A stretch of 62,550 bases of DNA, filler included, from Collodictyon triciliatum (GCA_043381765.1; 17 parts of 17 records of this genome joined end to end with filler, not necessarily neighbours in it), one strand, 5' to 3'; counted from the whole stretch's first letter, positions 24,558-38,230 are shown. The notes: generated from the sequence alone by a model not told the origin. Numbers and translations are program-made.

Positions 24558-26933
24558 CGTCTCTGAAAAACTTTTCCTTGAGCTTTTCCTGCTTACATAC
24601 AGCCCCCAGTCAAGCAGGCGGAATACATATACAAACCTAAGTAGATAGAAACTAATCTCTGAGCCCACGTCCTGTCCAGTCCCCGATCCACGGGAAGTTG
24701 GGAAGCAGCTGCAAACAAGTCCGACAAAGCACGGCCAGACGGGAGACAACTGGGGCGGAAAGACACATGCGCTCCGTCGCCTGTTTGAAGGCGACCAGTA
24801 CGTGGACCCGGGAATGCTGGACAGAAAGGCCCGTGTCGAGAGTACGAAGAAGAACCTTACACCAAACGGCTTTGTTCCGTCCAGCCCGCCAAAGAAACAG
24901 TACATCTTTCCTTGGCACAGAGAATATTTCTATGAAAAAGACTCAATGCCTCCATATTTTTAACTTTCAATCTGCTTCAACTGAATATCATTCAAGATAT
25001 GAAGGGTATTATGGTTGGTATTGTCATTGTTTTCATCAAATTGCCACTGATGCGAATTCGATAGATAATTCTTTTCCCCTTTTTCTTTTTTGTGTTCACA
25101 ACACCAGAACTGGACTTGGAGGCTATGACGGCTGCCTCGGCAGTGTCTACGAATACCAACCGCAAGGAGCCCCTCCCAAAGGAAAACCCAAGCATGAACC
25201 CAGACAGATTGTGACAAGTCCCCCTAAGAAAGGTATTGTTTTAAGCCCTCTCGATTCAACCTATCAATCTATTTTCTCACAGCTTCAGAGACTGCTTCTG
25301 TTCGAAAGTGGGGTGTGAGTCTGGTTACTCTGTTGTGTCTAAAGAAACCAAACCAAACCAAAACAAACTGTTTATAGGCTCCTTTGGTTATAATAAAGTC
25401 TTGATTGGCCGAGACCCGCCATACTATCCAGACCCATTCGATGCACCAAGGGAGCAAGAAAAGGTAAGGCAACTATATTGTTCCAACATCGGGTTCGTTG
25501 AAATATAGGAATCTGCATTTTAGCGCCAAAGAACACACCAGCAATAGCAAAGTCTCCCACTCTGAAACGGATGCTTCTTATTTTCCTTCCAATTGTACAT
25601 ATATTGAATCTATGTCGTCGTCTGAAATGATTATGCACTTTACATAGGAGGAGCGCCAAAGCCATCTAAAGAAACGTGCAGGTGGCGCATTTAAAGCAAC
25701 GAGTCACCCACTTGATTTCTTTGACTCATATCCCAAGGTAGCTGCCTCCAAGGTTTATACACGTGACATAGGTAAGGATGGATGGCTGTCCTCTTTTCCT
25801 TTTCTCTCTTCTCCAAACGAACCTTGAATCCACATTATCCAGTAACTTTAAAGGCCAATTCTGTTACATGTGGTTTTATCAAAAGAAAAATAGAGAAACA
25901 AAAAAAAACTCAAAGGCAGTCGCTTTGAATTTATATGAGTTATTACATGTAATCTATTCTGAATGTATTTCCTTCCGAATATGTCACTCTATTCTCTGTT
26001 ATTTACTTACACCTTAACAGAATGAAGAATTTTCATTTTCATTTAATTTTTTACACATAAAGATTTGCCCCCACCAAAGGAAGCACCACATACACTCCCA
26101 CCAATCGGGAAACCTTTCATGCCCAGTCACGCTCCATTACAGGTACACCGACAATCGACACATTCCGTCATCGCATTACGCTTTCTTCTTTTCCTTCTTT
26201 CGCTAGAATGTTCTGAATCACTCAGAGGCATCTTAACCATCTCTCAGTCTTGTTTTTTACCAGCGTTTTCTCTATCCTTTTGCGGCGCCATGACAAGACC
26301 TTAAAAAAAAAATACACGCACATTCATACCATCCCATCACGAAACTAAACACTGTCCTCATCCGCCGGTTAGGGGTTCAACTCAACTTTTCAGTCATTCC
26401 CAGAGTACAAGGAGAGTCCTTATGACGGCGAATTGATTAAGCGATTAGAAACAGAGCAGTAACCTTAACCATCCGACCCATCAATTCTCTTTTTTATATA
26501 TCTCTTTTCTTTTCTTTTCTTTTCTCGCATGCACAGACACCTCTCAAAACCAAAACACAGTACTCACCAATCACGCAATGCAATTCCATCAGCGAAAGCA
26601 AAAAGAAAGTCATCGGGCCAAGCTGGAAACCAAGCAGCACACCCAAAAGCACGCTGCAATCGGTACATACATTCCCGAAAGGCTTCTTCAACATACGAAT
26701 CACTCACTCTTCAATACAAGTGGCCACTAGAATAATAATGCATCAATATTCATTTATATATTATTGTTTGTTCGTTTTTTTAAATTGTATTTTTATTTCA
26801 AATAAAATACAAGATTATCTTGACCTTATGCCTATTCTTCATGACGAATACATACAAAACAAAATAAACTTCGTAGTCTATCCTCACCCGCAACGTCACG
26901 TACAACACCGTCGCATTCAGCAACACTATCTGA
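24263..26933 (+). CDS. CFAP96: Cilia- and flagella-associated protein 96 (C4orf47/UPF0602) homologue, apparently complete multi-exon gene
   Basis: Exons join to MGKDG...LGFFTTSASIGIGDPF...RRLFEGDQYVDP...KKNLTPNGFVPSSPPKK..TGLGGYDGCLG...IVTSPPKKG|SFGYNKVLIG...GGAFKATSHPLDFFD...KPFMPS...STFQSFPEY...WKPSSTPKS..|SILTRNV...TI*. Matches the C4orf47 motif order (GLFS..ITVGD, RIFEGE, KKNLGKAFLPS, GLGSY.G, YTNPGKKG, GAPFK..HP.DYFD). Confidence 0.85.
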
Positions 26934-27318
26934 GGCACATACAACCCATCCCACCAGCGTTGGACTTGTCCTCCAAATAGCCTTCACAATCACAATCACA
27001 ATCACAATCAGAATCACAATCACACGAAAAAGAATCATCCGCTTCTCTGTTGGTTTCATTACAAAGCTAGCTCAAAGCACTCGAAACAAACATGAGTAAC
27101 AAATCCACCACCATTCACCCCTTTCTTTACTAGTACCAAGCCGACTCGAATATCAGAAAAGCCCAAACCAAAAGAAAAAAAACGTGAATAAAACCCCAAC
27201 ACAAATAATAAAAAGTAAGAAAAGAAGGTTATTTGTTTATTGATACAGAAACACCGGCACCAACCGAGCCGATGCGCCAATAAGTTCAACACATCACATC
27301 ACATCACATCACATCACA

Positions 27319-27534
27319 TCACTGTTCTTTTCTTGGAGACACCTGCAAAAGCGCGGGGGACAGCGGACGCATCGTTTGTGCAGTTTGCGGGATGGCGAGT
27401 GATTGCGGCACAGGCGGGGTAAACTCGACAACGAGCGTCTGTGATGGTCGACCGAGCGAAGGCGACGACGGCGGACGCGGCGATGGCGGCGGGCGTGGCG
27501 ATGGCGGCGGTTTCTGCGGCTGCTCTGCCTCCGA
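27319..27534 (-). CDS. Pro-rich terminal exon of a convergent gene of unknown function
   Basis: AG acceptor then an open 72-codon frame SEAEQPQKPPPSPRPPPSPRPPSSPSLGRP...VSPRKEQ*, GC-rich within AT-rich flanks. Confidence 0.45.
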   Translation of the reverse strand, partial: SEAEQPQKPPPSPRPPPSPRPPSSPSLGRPSQTLVVEFTPPVPQSLAIPQTAQTMRPLSPALLQVSPRKEQ

Positions 27535-27851
27535 CTATTCATCCAAGCGCGCATGAGAAGCATTATATCCAAAGAGAGAAAAAGAAAAAAAGAAAAAAAG
27601 AAAAAAAGAAAAAGAGAAAAAGAGAAAAAGAGAAAAAGAGAAAAAGAGAAAAAAAGAAAAAAAGAAAAAAAGAAAGAAAAAAAGAAAAAAAGAAAAAAAG
27701 AAAAAAAGAAAAAAAGAAAAAAAGAAAAAAAGAANNNNNNNNNNNNNNNNNNNNNNNNNNNNNNNNNNNNNNNNNNNNTTAATTAATTAANNNNNNNNNN
27801 NNNNNNNNNNNNNNNNNNNNNNNNNNNNNNNNNNGTTGCCCATTTTAACAG

Positions 27852-30800
27852 GTTCTATTCCGAATTTTTATCACGTCCCATTTGTCAATCAAATTTATTT
27901 GTCTGGAAACGAGCTCAACGGTGAATTTTATTCTATCAATATTTTTGCTAGATTTTTTAAGACGAAGAGTTACTAACATGAGGTTATCAAATATCTGTAT
28001 ATCATCAATAGGGACTGTTCCTGACCTAAATAGGGTTTCCACCCTATCAATATTTGATGTATCTAATAACCGACTTATTGGTAATATCACCAATACCCAC
28101 ATCATACCTTTTTTTTTTTTCGAAAAATACACATATGAATCGAAATCTTCAGTGCCGAACGTGACATTATCTTTAGGAAAAATACCTGATTTCAAAGGAA
28201 TTTTATATTTGACGGAATTGGACGTTTCCATGAATCAATTAGAGGGTAAACTAATCAGAATTAAGTGCATCTTAACGCCTACGATGAAACACGTAGAGAT
28301 AATTGCACCTTTATATGAATTATATTTGATATGGTTCATACACTAGGAGAAATCCCAGACTTCAGTTCCATTTCTCTAGTTGTCAAGCTGGATTTGTCCA
28401 ATAATAGATTTATTGGTATACTTCTCAATCAAGCACTCACTTTTGCAATTTAAGTGTAAATTTTAAAATTTCATATGATTCTTTATTCAGGGGATATACC
28501 AGAGCTGCCAAATTTACCAATGACCCGATATTTGTATCTCTCTAGCAACTATCTAAATGGTAATATTTTACATCATCTTTTCTTTTTTCTTTTTCGCTTG
28601 CGTGTAAATAATAATTTTTTCAAAATGTATCAGGCTACATTCCGAACTTTCCAAATTTGCCAAACCTAGAAAGAATCGACTTATCTGACAACACCTTGAA
28701 AGGTTTAATATAACATACCAAGAATCAAGTGCTTTTCTGATACGTCACAATATCGCACTTTAATTAAAGTTCCGAAGGAAAAGGTACATTTTTTTTTTAA
28801 AAAAAAGGACGGTTTTCTAGGAACTATGCCAGACTTTGAAAATCTGCCAAGCCTCATATCAATGGATATCTCAAACAATAAGCTAACAGGTTTGTTAATT
28901 CTTAACTGTATCAAAATAATAATTTCACAAATGTCTTGTCTCTGACAATTCGTTATTCGTCATAGGAACTGTACCGAATTTCAGCCTTATTCCGAACATT
29001 TTTAACATGTCCCTTTCGAGCAATAATCTTGAAGGTAGTTTCCCCACATTACTCCAATTTATATACTTTTACTATAGATAGTGAGATCATAATTATCACC
29101 ATTCTTTTTATCATTCCTATCGTTATTTTAGTATTTCACAGTTTGCTGACACATATAAATATTGTAGGAGAGCTTCCAGACTTTGACAAAATCCCAAAAA
29201 TAAATATGATTTTCATATTCAGTACCTTCATAAATGGTACATTCGTATTGTAAATTTATGAACATATATTGCAATTATAAAAAATCAATCGAATACACAG
29301 GCACAATCCCAAACTTTCGTCACTTGCAGAAGATATCATCTTTGATTCTCCACAGTAACGAACTGTCAGGTACTCAGAAGCAAATATATGCAAATTCAGA
29401 TGTAGTATAATTAAGCAAAACACTATCTGACTGAAAACAAAATATTAGGAACAATTCCTGATTTCGGCTTTATCCGCAACGTATCTGTGATAGACCTATC
29501 AAATAACAGATTAAGTGGTGGGATGAAAATTTTACTGTTGGTTGTTAAAGTTAAAACATAAGCATTATGTCGTTTAAATTTCAACTCTCCAATATAGGAG
29601 TCTTGCCCAATTTCGAAAACATAAGGAATATTTCTAGAATTAATCTATCTGGAAATCAACTTAATGGTAATTTTTGTATTAATTTTTTTAGTTCACTTTG
29701 ATGCGGTTTTTTTTTTTGTTCTTTCATAAGAATCGACAAAATGTGTATAGGAACGATACCAGATTTTAATAATGCTCAAGACCTAATGTTCATATCTCTT
29801 TCAAGCAATCGCCTGAGTGGTAATTTTTTTATATTTTATATCAATATTTGTTTCACATGTTTATGTAACATGTGGTGCAAATATAATTTTTTTTTATTAA
29901 AAAAGAGACAATTACTTACATTTTAGGCACCATACCTAATTTTCACCATATTCCATCGGCTCTTTCAATCGATCTGTCCAACAACGAGCTAATAGGTGAA
30001 TCTGAATTTTTTTTTCAAGATGCCATATAAGTGTTTTTTCCCCCTGTATCTGAAGCAAACGTCAATTCGTTATTTAAGAATATATTCTCCCCAAAAATAC
30101 AGGAGGAGTGCCAGATTTTGACCTATTAGAAAGTCTTCTAAACATGGACATTTCTAGGAATGATTTAAATGGTGATAAAAATTCATCCTTTGAAATATAT
30201 GGACGCTCCTCTTAACATCTTTTTCATTTTGAAGACAGGATTTATTAATTGTACAACAATTCTAGGCTCCCTTCCTGACTTTTCAAGTCTTCCTCGACTG
30301 AAAATATTATATGCATATGATAACAATCTATCTGGGTACATTCCAAACTTAAGAAAATGCCCTGATATCGAAGAAGTCCTGCTCTTCAGAAACAAATTGG
30401 TTGGATTATTACCTAATCTAGACCATGCGAAGCTTGTTAAGATGGACTTTAGTGAAAATTACATTTCTGGTGGTGTTCCCTTCGGCTGGAATATTCCTGC
30501 GATACAATTTCTAGACATATCGCGTAACAATATCACTGGCACCATCCCAGAGTATTTCGAACGATTATACAAATTAAAATCAATCACTTTGTCCCACAAT
30601 AAATTGTATGGTGGGATTCCGAAGCTTTTCTGGAATCTCGAAAATCTCATTTCCATAGATTTGAGAAATAATTCATTCGAAGGAGACATAGGAGTCTTTC
30701 TCGTTCCATCAACCGGTTACCACAACTATTCGTATGAGACTTTGATTTTAGATGACAATAAACTCGTTGGAGAGTTGAATTGGAGGTTGTTCAATTTCAT

Positions 30801-31449
30801 ACCAAATTTAAATACACTAAGCTTGAGAAATAATCGGATTTCAAGACTTGGTTCATTGCCCAGTTTGCTTAAATGGACAAGTGTTGATGTTTCTGGGAAT
30901 CCGATCCACGGAGCTGTCCCAAATTCATTTAGCCAGTTCACTAAGTTAGAATATCTCGGGTTGAAAAATACGTCTATGAACCACGGTAATGAAAACTATC
31001 TACCCAGTTTTATGATGTACTCTGATCCATATAATCTAGATGATAAATCCAATCTTTACATTTGCCCTTCCATAATTGTGCAAGATGGAGTCTATGAAAC
31101 AAAAGTGGATATAAACCCCGCATATTATGATTTTACATTTTGTCATTGCTTGCCAAACTACTTTGGGTTTGGAAATAAATGTATTCAATGCCCCAGAGAA
31201 TGCGAATGTAACGATGGACTTACTTTGAAAGGCTGCTATTCATCTCCTAGTGTCATTGAAATAAAGTATATTGTTTCTTGCCCCAAGCCAGACTCTTGTC
31301 AAATAAGCATACCAGAGACATTATCACAATCCAATTCAACCCCAAACATAGTTCAGTATTGTGAGGAAGGATATGAAGGACAGGCTTGTTCGAAGTGCCA
31401 AGAGGGATATGGCCGACAAGGAAGGTCTTGTGTAAAATGTCATGATTCA
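27852..31449 (+). CDS. Extracellular-type LRR protein: 15 single-LRR 69-nt exons, then a long exon with more LRRs and a Cys-rich region (partial)
   Basis: Exons near 27852, 28012, 28177, 28347, 28491, 28634, 28821, 28966, 29169, 29301, 29450, 29599, 29751, 29927 and 30103 each encode one 23-aa G-x-IP-x-F...L-x-x-I/LDLS-x-N-x-L-x repeat, with phase-1 introns in the Gly codon. The long exon from ~30266 ends CEEGYEGQACSKCQEGYGRQGRSCVKC at the contig end. Confidence 0.92.
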
Positions 31450-32276
31450 NNNNNNNNNNNNNNNNNNNNNNNNNNNNNNNNNNNNNNNNNNNNTTAATTA
31501 ATTAANNNNNNNNNNNNNNNNNNNNNNNNNNNNNNNNNNNNNNNNNNNNCCAAAGAGGGGGGGAAAAAAAAGACACAAAAAAAAAGTAAAGAAACAACGC
31601 CCCCCCGCCCACCCCCCCCCCGGTGGGCCTGGGGGGCCCCCCCCCCCCCCCCCCCAGGGAAACAAAAGGCAATCACATGAACAGTCGCCCAGAAAACGAC
31701 TTCATTTCTACAGGCCATACAAATCCTTGAAACATGTATCTAAATGAGTCTGCCTTTTTATTTTTAATTATTTTTTTTTATTAAGGGACATCATGTGATA
31801 GAGCCTCAGTTTATGATAACGATTGGAAACACTCATAATGTACGGTGTTTTATTTTCAGTCAAGTGGGCTCTTACCCCCTCGATGCTGTCGCTTATCGAT
31901 TCTGCATATTGCTGCAGAGTGACCCTGAGTAAAAAAAAAATAATTATATATGTATTTACATATTCCCAGAGTGTATTTTGCATTTAACTATGCTAAAAAT
32001 CTCGATTCTGTTAATTCATATTGTTTCATGTCAGAAATATATCATTCATCGATGTTTTTTTAAAAAAAAAGTACCATGTTGAGTTTGAGATGAAAGCATT
32101 AACACAAAAGTACCATGTTGAGTTTGCTTGATTATAAAGTCTCTTTATTTTTGAATTTGATTGCCACATACATCAATTTCCGCCCATCTATCAATATTGA
32201 GTCCCTTTACTATAACATACCTCGTATGGTGATTAATATATAATGGGGGCTGTAGCTGCCGAATAATTATAAGTAG

Positions 32277-34160
32277 TCCAGCCGGAGAGCCTACAAAACA
32301 TCCATGTTTGAAGAGATTTCGAAAAGTGATTTACTTTGAGCTGATCAATTTTTACTTTCATCTGGTTCCCTCAGTCCTTGGGGATTTGAACAGGATTTCA
32401 AGACAAGACCGCGATATGGCTGTCTCCATTCAACCATATGTATGGCCGATGGAAATTAATACGCATAAAAAAATATAATTTTTTATGTTGCCAAAAAACC
32501 ATCAAAATTTTGCATGGTTTGAAAATAGAACTTTAATAAAGTGCTTTCTCACAAAACATGTCATGAGTCTATTCGAATAGGTTAATGGCAAAAGATCCCT
32601 TGGAGAAATATGCCAACTTTTGACCGTATCTAATTTGAGGCAATCGTGGATCTTTTGGAAAAAAATTGTAGAACCGGACGACTCGAAGCTTGAAGAGTAT
32701 CTACCAATGATAAGAAGGTAGTTGCTTAATTTTATTAGGTACCTTGTACCTATGAAGCAATGCCACGAAGCAGATACATATATGCATAAATGGCATTGAA
32801 GATTTATTTTATTTTATCCTATTTTCATCATATACTAAAACATCACTTAATGGCAAAATCAATAATATTATTGTTTATTCTCGTCATTCGATTCAATAGA
32901 GAATCAATTTAGAAAAGAATGAATGGCAACTTAAGCATCCTTTTGATATTTCATTCTCATATTTTATTCAGTTGGTGCACGANNNNNNNNNNNNNNNNNN
33001 NNNNNNNNNNNNNNNNNNNNNNNNNNNNNNNNNNNNNNNNNNNNNNNNNNNNNNNNNNNNNNNNNNNNNNNNNNNNNNNNNNNNNNNNNNNNNNNNNNNN
33101 NNNNNNNNNNNNNNNNNNNNNNNNNNNNNNNNNNNNNNNNNNNNNNNNNNNNNNNNNNNNNNNNNNNNNNNNNNNNNNNNNNNNNNNNNNNNNNNNNNNN
33201 NNNNNNNNNNNNNNNNNNNNNNNNNNNNNNNNNNNNNNNNNNNNNNNNNNNNNNNNNNNNNNNNNNNNNNNNNNNNNNNNNNNNNNNNNNNNNNNNNNNN
33301 NNNNNNNNNNNNNNNNNNNNNNNNNNNNNNNNNNNNNNNNNNNNNNNNNNNNNNNNNNNNNNNNNNNNNNNNNNNNNNNNNNNNNNNNNNNNNNNNNNNN
33401 NNNNNNNNNNNNNNNNNNNNNNNNNNNNNNNNNNNNNNNNNNNNNNNNNNNNNNNNNNNNNNNNNNNNNNNNNNNNNNNNNNNNNNNNNNNNNNNNNNNN
33501 NNNNNNNNNNNNNNNCAGGCCAGTGTATATTGAAGTCGTGGAAATGATTTTGGATAAATTTGATGGGTTCAGGTCAGTTTATACTAGCCTTTCATAACAT
33601 ATTTTATGTTATGCCTTTAAGGTTCCTAAATATGTTATCATTATTAAATCTGAAAAATAAAATCTATGTATTCTTGTATGTAGCACGATTAGAGAAATAG
33701 AGTTCAGTCTTCCTCTTCCGTCGTCATTGGTTCGAGATATTGCAGAAGTTTTAATCGATCACCGCTTGATTGAACGTCCTGTATTGATACCTAGAAAGGC
33801 TACACATGACTGGCAAAACGCACAAGAGAACGGAGAAATATCGGAGGATTCAATACGAACGTATAGGTTTGCACTGCTCCTATGCACTTGATTCCATTTT
33901 GTGTTTTAATAGAAAAAAAACTCTACCGCCACGATAAAATTTATTAAAAAAAAAAAAGAAAAGAGAGAGGTATATCTCTTGCATGCCAAACAGACTATTG
34001 ACGTGACATAATCATAGATTATTTGACGGAGAAATGTGTTTAGAAAAGATCGCTATATTCTCTGGTGTTCACATAGCTCAAATAATGGGATGCACACAAG
34101 ACAAAGCCATCTCTATTGAAAAACTCAGCTGGAACACATTTGACCGTCGGGACAGGATGG
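32277..34160 (+). CDS. Multi-exon fragment with three winged-helix-like repeats resembling NPRL2/NPRL3 (GATOR1) HTH units
   Basis: Spliced segments IQPY|VNGKRSLGEICQLL, MILDKFDGF(R/S)|TIREIEFSLPLPSSLVRDIAEVLIDHRLI and LFDGEMCLEKIAIFSGV resemble NPRL2 [33 protein letters not shown]. Interrupted by an N gap. Confidence 0.45.
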
Positions 34161-35749
34161 TACTATATATTGTTAATTTTCTTGTCTTTCTCTCTTTCTC
34201 TCTTTCTCTCTTTCTCTCTTTCTCTCTTTCTCTCTTTCTCTCTTTCTCTCTTTCTCTCTTTCTCTCTTTCTCTCTTTCTCTCTNNNNNNNNNNNNNNNNN
34301 NNNNNNNNNNNNNNNNNNNNNNNNNNNTTAATTAATTAANNNNNNNNNNNNNNNNNNNNNNNNNNNNNNNNNNNNNNNNNNNNGTTGGATAAGCAGCAGA
34401 TGGGTTGAGTTTAAGTCTGACTGGTAGGCAAACGACGCCAGCAGAAATAAGTTGGTGGAAGTGACCTTATCTGAATGAGCACACGAGGTTGGATTGCTGC
34501 ATGTTATGTTACTATTGTCAGATATTGTTTTAAATATAATACGAGACTCACAAAGTACCATTCATTGCAACATCACATAATCAAGCTGATGAAATCCGGT
34601 TGGTGTGAAAAGAAGGCTCCAACATCTTGAGTGATTGCAAGGCTATCCCGATATCTTCGAAAAAAGGAGGTTCGGTACCGATTCTGTCTCTTTTTACTGG
34701 CTGTTGTCAGCGAAGCTACATGTTCGATGATAATACTCGAATATTCGCCCATGTCATCCGCAACACTTTATTGGTTTGAAAGTCGGTGGTGGGTTTGTTG
34801 GAATTGAATGTCATGCAAGAATCCTACAAATGCTATTTTTTTACGTGAATGGTCTTTTTTTTTCCCAATTTCTTCTTTCTTTCCCTTTATTGGTGCGAAT
34901 AAGTATCTTGTTCGATGGAACTCGTTTTGTGTTGGAAGGAAAAGTCTGGAAGTCAGCATCTTTGGAATATCTGCAAGAAGGATTATTTTACCAATCCCAA
35001 ATAGAATGGATTCTTTTTCTTCCTCTTCAAAAAAAAAAGAGGACTTTGTTACTCATGACTCTGCAGAAGGGCTTCATTCGCTTGCATTTAATTGGAAAGA
35101 ATACGCATTTTACAGGGATACAATACATCTTGCAGCTCTGTCCAAACTCAGCCGTTCAATAAATATGCAGCTTTCTGATGCCATGTCTAACAAATGAATA
35201 TAACTATAGGCGAGATAGGAGGGCGCAGACTTGTAAAAGTAGCTTCATTTCTTCCCCTTTTCTCCTGTTGATATGAGAGTCCGAGGTTGCAATCAGGATT
35301 CACCGATAAAAAAGTCACATCCTTTCGACAGTAGATTCGGACTTCCATCATTCCGCGGTTCGCTGCCTTTTTTTTCTTCCCAAGAGATTACTGGAGCAGA
35401 GAACTGGTTATGACTTTTCTCGAAGGTGTACAACACAGTCTTCGTTTTCAAGAGGTGTTTGGTGGGCCGCATTACTTTATTGCAGTTTATCATGTTTGAA
35501 TGATTGATGGAGAATCAGTTCCTCGAAGCGAGATTGACTATGAAGGAGGATGAATGATGCCGAGTTATTGCGCGTAATCGTGCTGGGATTTGTTGCAAAA
35601 TGATGTTATGAAATAATCACATAAAACCAAATATAATATTCACATCCATTTTTACTATTCGGCATTTTCATAAATACACACAAATAACTGCGATAATCTG
35701 TTTAGTTTTTATTCAATCAGACTTTTCTCATTCTGCCTTTTCATCCTCC

Positions 35750-37220
35750 TTTGAGGATTTTTCTCCGTCATTCTCTCCAATCATATTCTAATTCGCTTTT
35801 GCCAAACATTTGGATGCGGTGATTTCTGTAGTCGCAAACATAGAGTTTTCAATTCAGTCCAAAGCAGACTCCCATCTGATAATAAAACTGTCCATCATTT
35901 GATGAAGACTGCGAGGATGTGCCGAAAGTGTGAACAACGACATCGTCTCTTGTCATGTCAATAAACGCGGATGTGATGATATCCGTATTCACTCACCACA
36001 TTTGTGTTGTTTGGACCTTTTGCAATCGAAACATGACCCGGCACTTTATCGATTCTGACAGTGCGCATACATCTCCCCATCACATAATAAATTTTGATTT
36101 TGTCTCCGCCGCGTCCAATCACATACACTTCGCTAATTTCAGTCACGCAAATGCCCTCTGGGGATAAGCGATTCCTTCATCGCCAGAGGATGCTCTCGCA
36201 AACGAGCGTTCGTACTCAAACACACGGTTGAACTTGTCCACTTGATTCTTGCTAAGGTTTATGACATTAAGATTGCCTTCGCTGTCAAAGCATGGATTAA
36301 ACGGATTGGAGAATCCGCCAAACTCACTGGATTCTGTGCCTTGTGCGCTTCTTTTGCGACCCGACTGGATTGTCTCAATCATCTTGAAGTTATCATCAAA
36401 GATTTGCACACGATTATTTGAGCTGTCACAAACAGCGATGCATCCATCATGCGAAATGGCGATTCCGATTAGATTGCTGAATTGGCCTGAGCCATTCGTG
36501 CCAAACGTGCAGGAAAAGCTCAAATCCTCATCCAGCACTTGAACGCGGTGGTTACCAAGAACAACAACGAATATGTTCATAGTCTTTGGATGAGCTGCGA
36601 TTCCCCATGGACTAGAAAACTGTTGGACTCCACTTCCTTTTGAGCCGACCTTCTTCTGGAACACATAGTCTTTGATGTTGTATTTCGACGCCTTCTGATA
36701 CAAGTCTTTGTTCATTTTCTTCTTCATCTCCTGTTCTTCTTTCATCTTCCCTGGCTCCATCTTTGCAATATGTTCCTTCATTACGCGATGCTCATGTACC
36801 TCACTCTCCAACTCTTACATGTGCTTGTCTGTCTCGTTCATGTGTCTCTGCCACACGGCATTTTCTCTTCGCAGCTCTTCCAAGACCGACTCACACTTTG
36901 CGTGGATTTCCTTCAGCACATGCGCCTCGCCTTCTCCTATCACAACGTTGCCGCCAATCTCTATGCTTGCTTGCAGCTGCTCCACGTCCACATTGCCGAC
37001 TTCTTCGATGTCTATCTGCAAAGCTGTGCGAGCAAACATGGCGCTCTTGAAAAGCTAGGTCACGACTCTTTCGCGCTCGTATATCTCCTTGAACATCCTG
37101 AGCGCGTTTATGGAGTGCCTTAGAATTTTCTCGGATGCCACCATTCGATGCTGTGTGTACTTGATTTTGCTGCACGCTGGTTGCAAGGCTAGGATATCTT
37201 GAATTCATTATCGTCATCAT
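35750..37220 (-). pseudogene. Coiled-coil plus NHL-repeat (TRIM71/NHLRC-like beta-propeller) pseudogene, intronless
   Basis: NHL repeats QFSSPWGIA...GNHRVQV, GQFSNLIGIA..DG.IAVCDSSNNRVQIF and GQFYYQMGV...LYVCDYRNHRIQMF. In-frame TAA at 36815-36817, frameshifts near 36160 and 35960, and further stops. Confidence 0.8.
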
Positions 37221-38230
37221 TTCCCATGTTTAGTGAATTATGGATACAATCACACAACAAAATAAAAAAAAAACCAATTTAGATTGTCAATATCGGACAA
37301 CAACGATGACAAGAGGAATGATTACAGTTTCTATCAGCTTCTCCTTCAGCTGTGCTGCTTTCTGCACAACATCATCGTACAATTTGTCGATCTTTGCATT
37401 TTGGTCTCGCTCCTCAGCACCAATCTAAGGAATTGAATATTCGAGGAAATAAACAGAAAAAAAAAACATATAGCTTGAGCACTTCATGAATATACCTTTT
37501 TCATTTCGCTCTCGACTTTTGACCTGATTTCAGCCATTGCGTTGTTTTTATTTCCATCTCCCCAATCAAGTCGTCATCCTGGATAGCATCATAATCAATT
37601 TTCTCTACTTTGATATATTCGTGCGTTTTGGCGGTTTTTATATCTTGAAACCCACATTTATCACACATTTCGGCTATGGGTCAGCATTGCTCGCAGATGG
37701 AGACGATGGGAAACTTGTGCAGAATATATTCGCGCATATTTACGACATGTTTTGCTCTGGCTTCAAGCCAGTTTACTATTCAAAAAAAAATGTTATTCCC
37801 AGAATGTAATTACTCCACAGCAAAACTTTGTAATTGCGAGTTATAATTTTCAAAAACCAAAAAGAAAAACAAACAAGTTAAAAGAAAAAGATAAGAGAAA
37901 AAATAAGAGAAAAAAGAGAAAAGAAAAAAAGAAAAAAGAAAAGAAAAGAAAAATGAAAAAAGAGAAAAAGAGAAAAGAAAAAGAGAAAAGAAAAAGAGAA
38001 AAGAAAAAGAGAAAAGAAAAAGAGAAAGAGGAAAGAAAAAGAGAAAAGAAAAAGAGAAAAGAAAAAGAGAAAAGAAAAAGAGAAAAGAAAAAGAGAAAAG
38101 AAAAAGAGAAAAGAAAAAGAGAAAAGAAAANNNNNNNNNNNNNNNNNNNNNNNNNNNNNNNNNNNNNNNNNNNNTTAATTAATTAANNNNNNNNNNNNNN
38201 NNNNNNNNNNNNNNNNNNNNNNNNNNNNNN

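Noticed and set aside
31550-31660. Poly-C/poly-G tract as a G-quadruplex or regulatory element
   Set aside because: Contig-edge homopolymer-rich sequence typical of low-quality read ends.
32067-32126. 21-bp direct repeat AAAAGTACCATGTTGAGTTTG with an 18-bp spacer, CRISPR-like
   Set aside because: Only two copies, eukaryotic context and no cas genes. A simple local duplication.
34384-35560. Coding-like degenerate sequence, possible transposase remnant
   Set aside because: No continuous frame or recognisable catalytic motif could be reconstructed.
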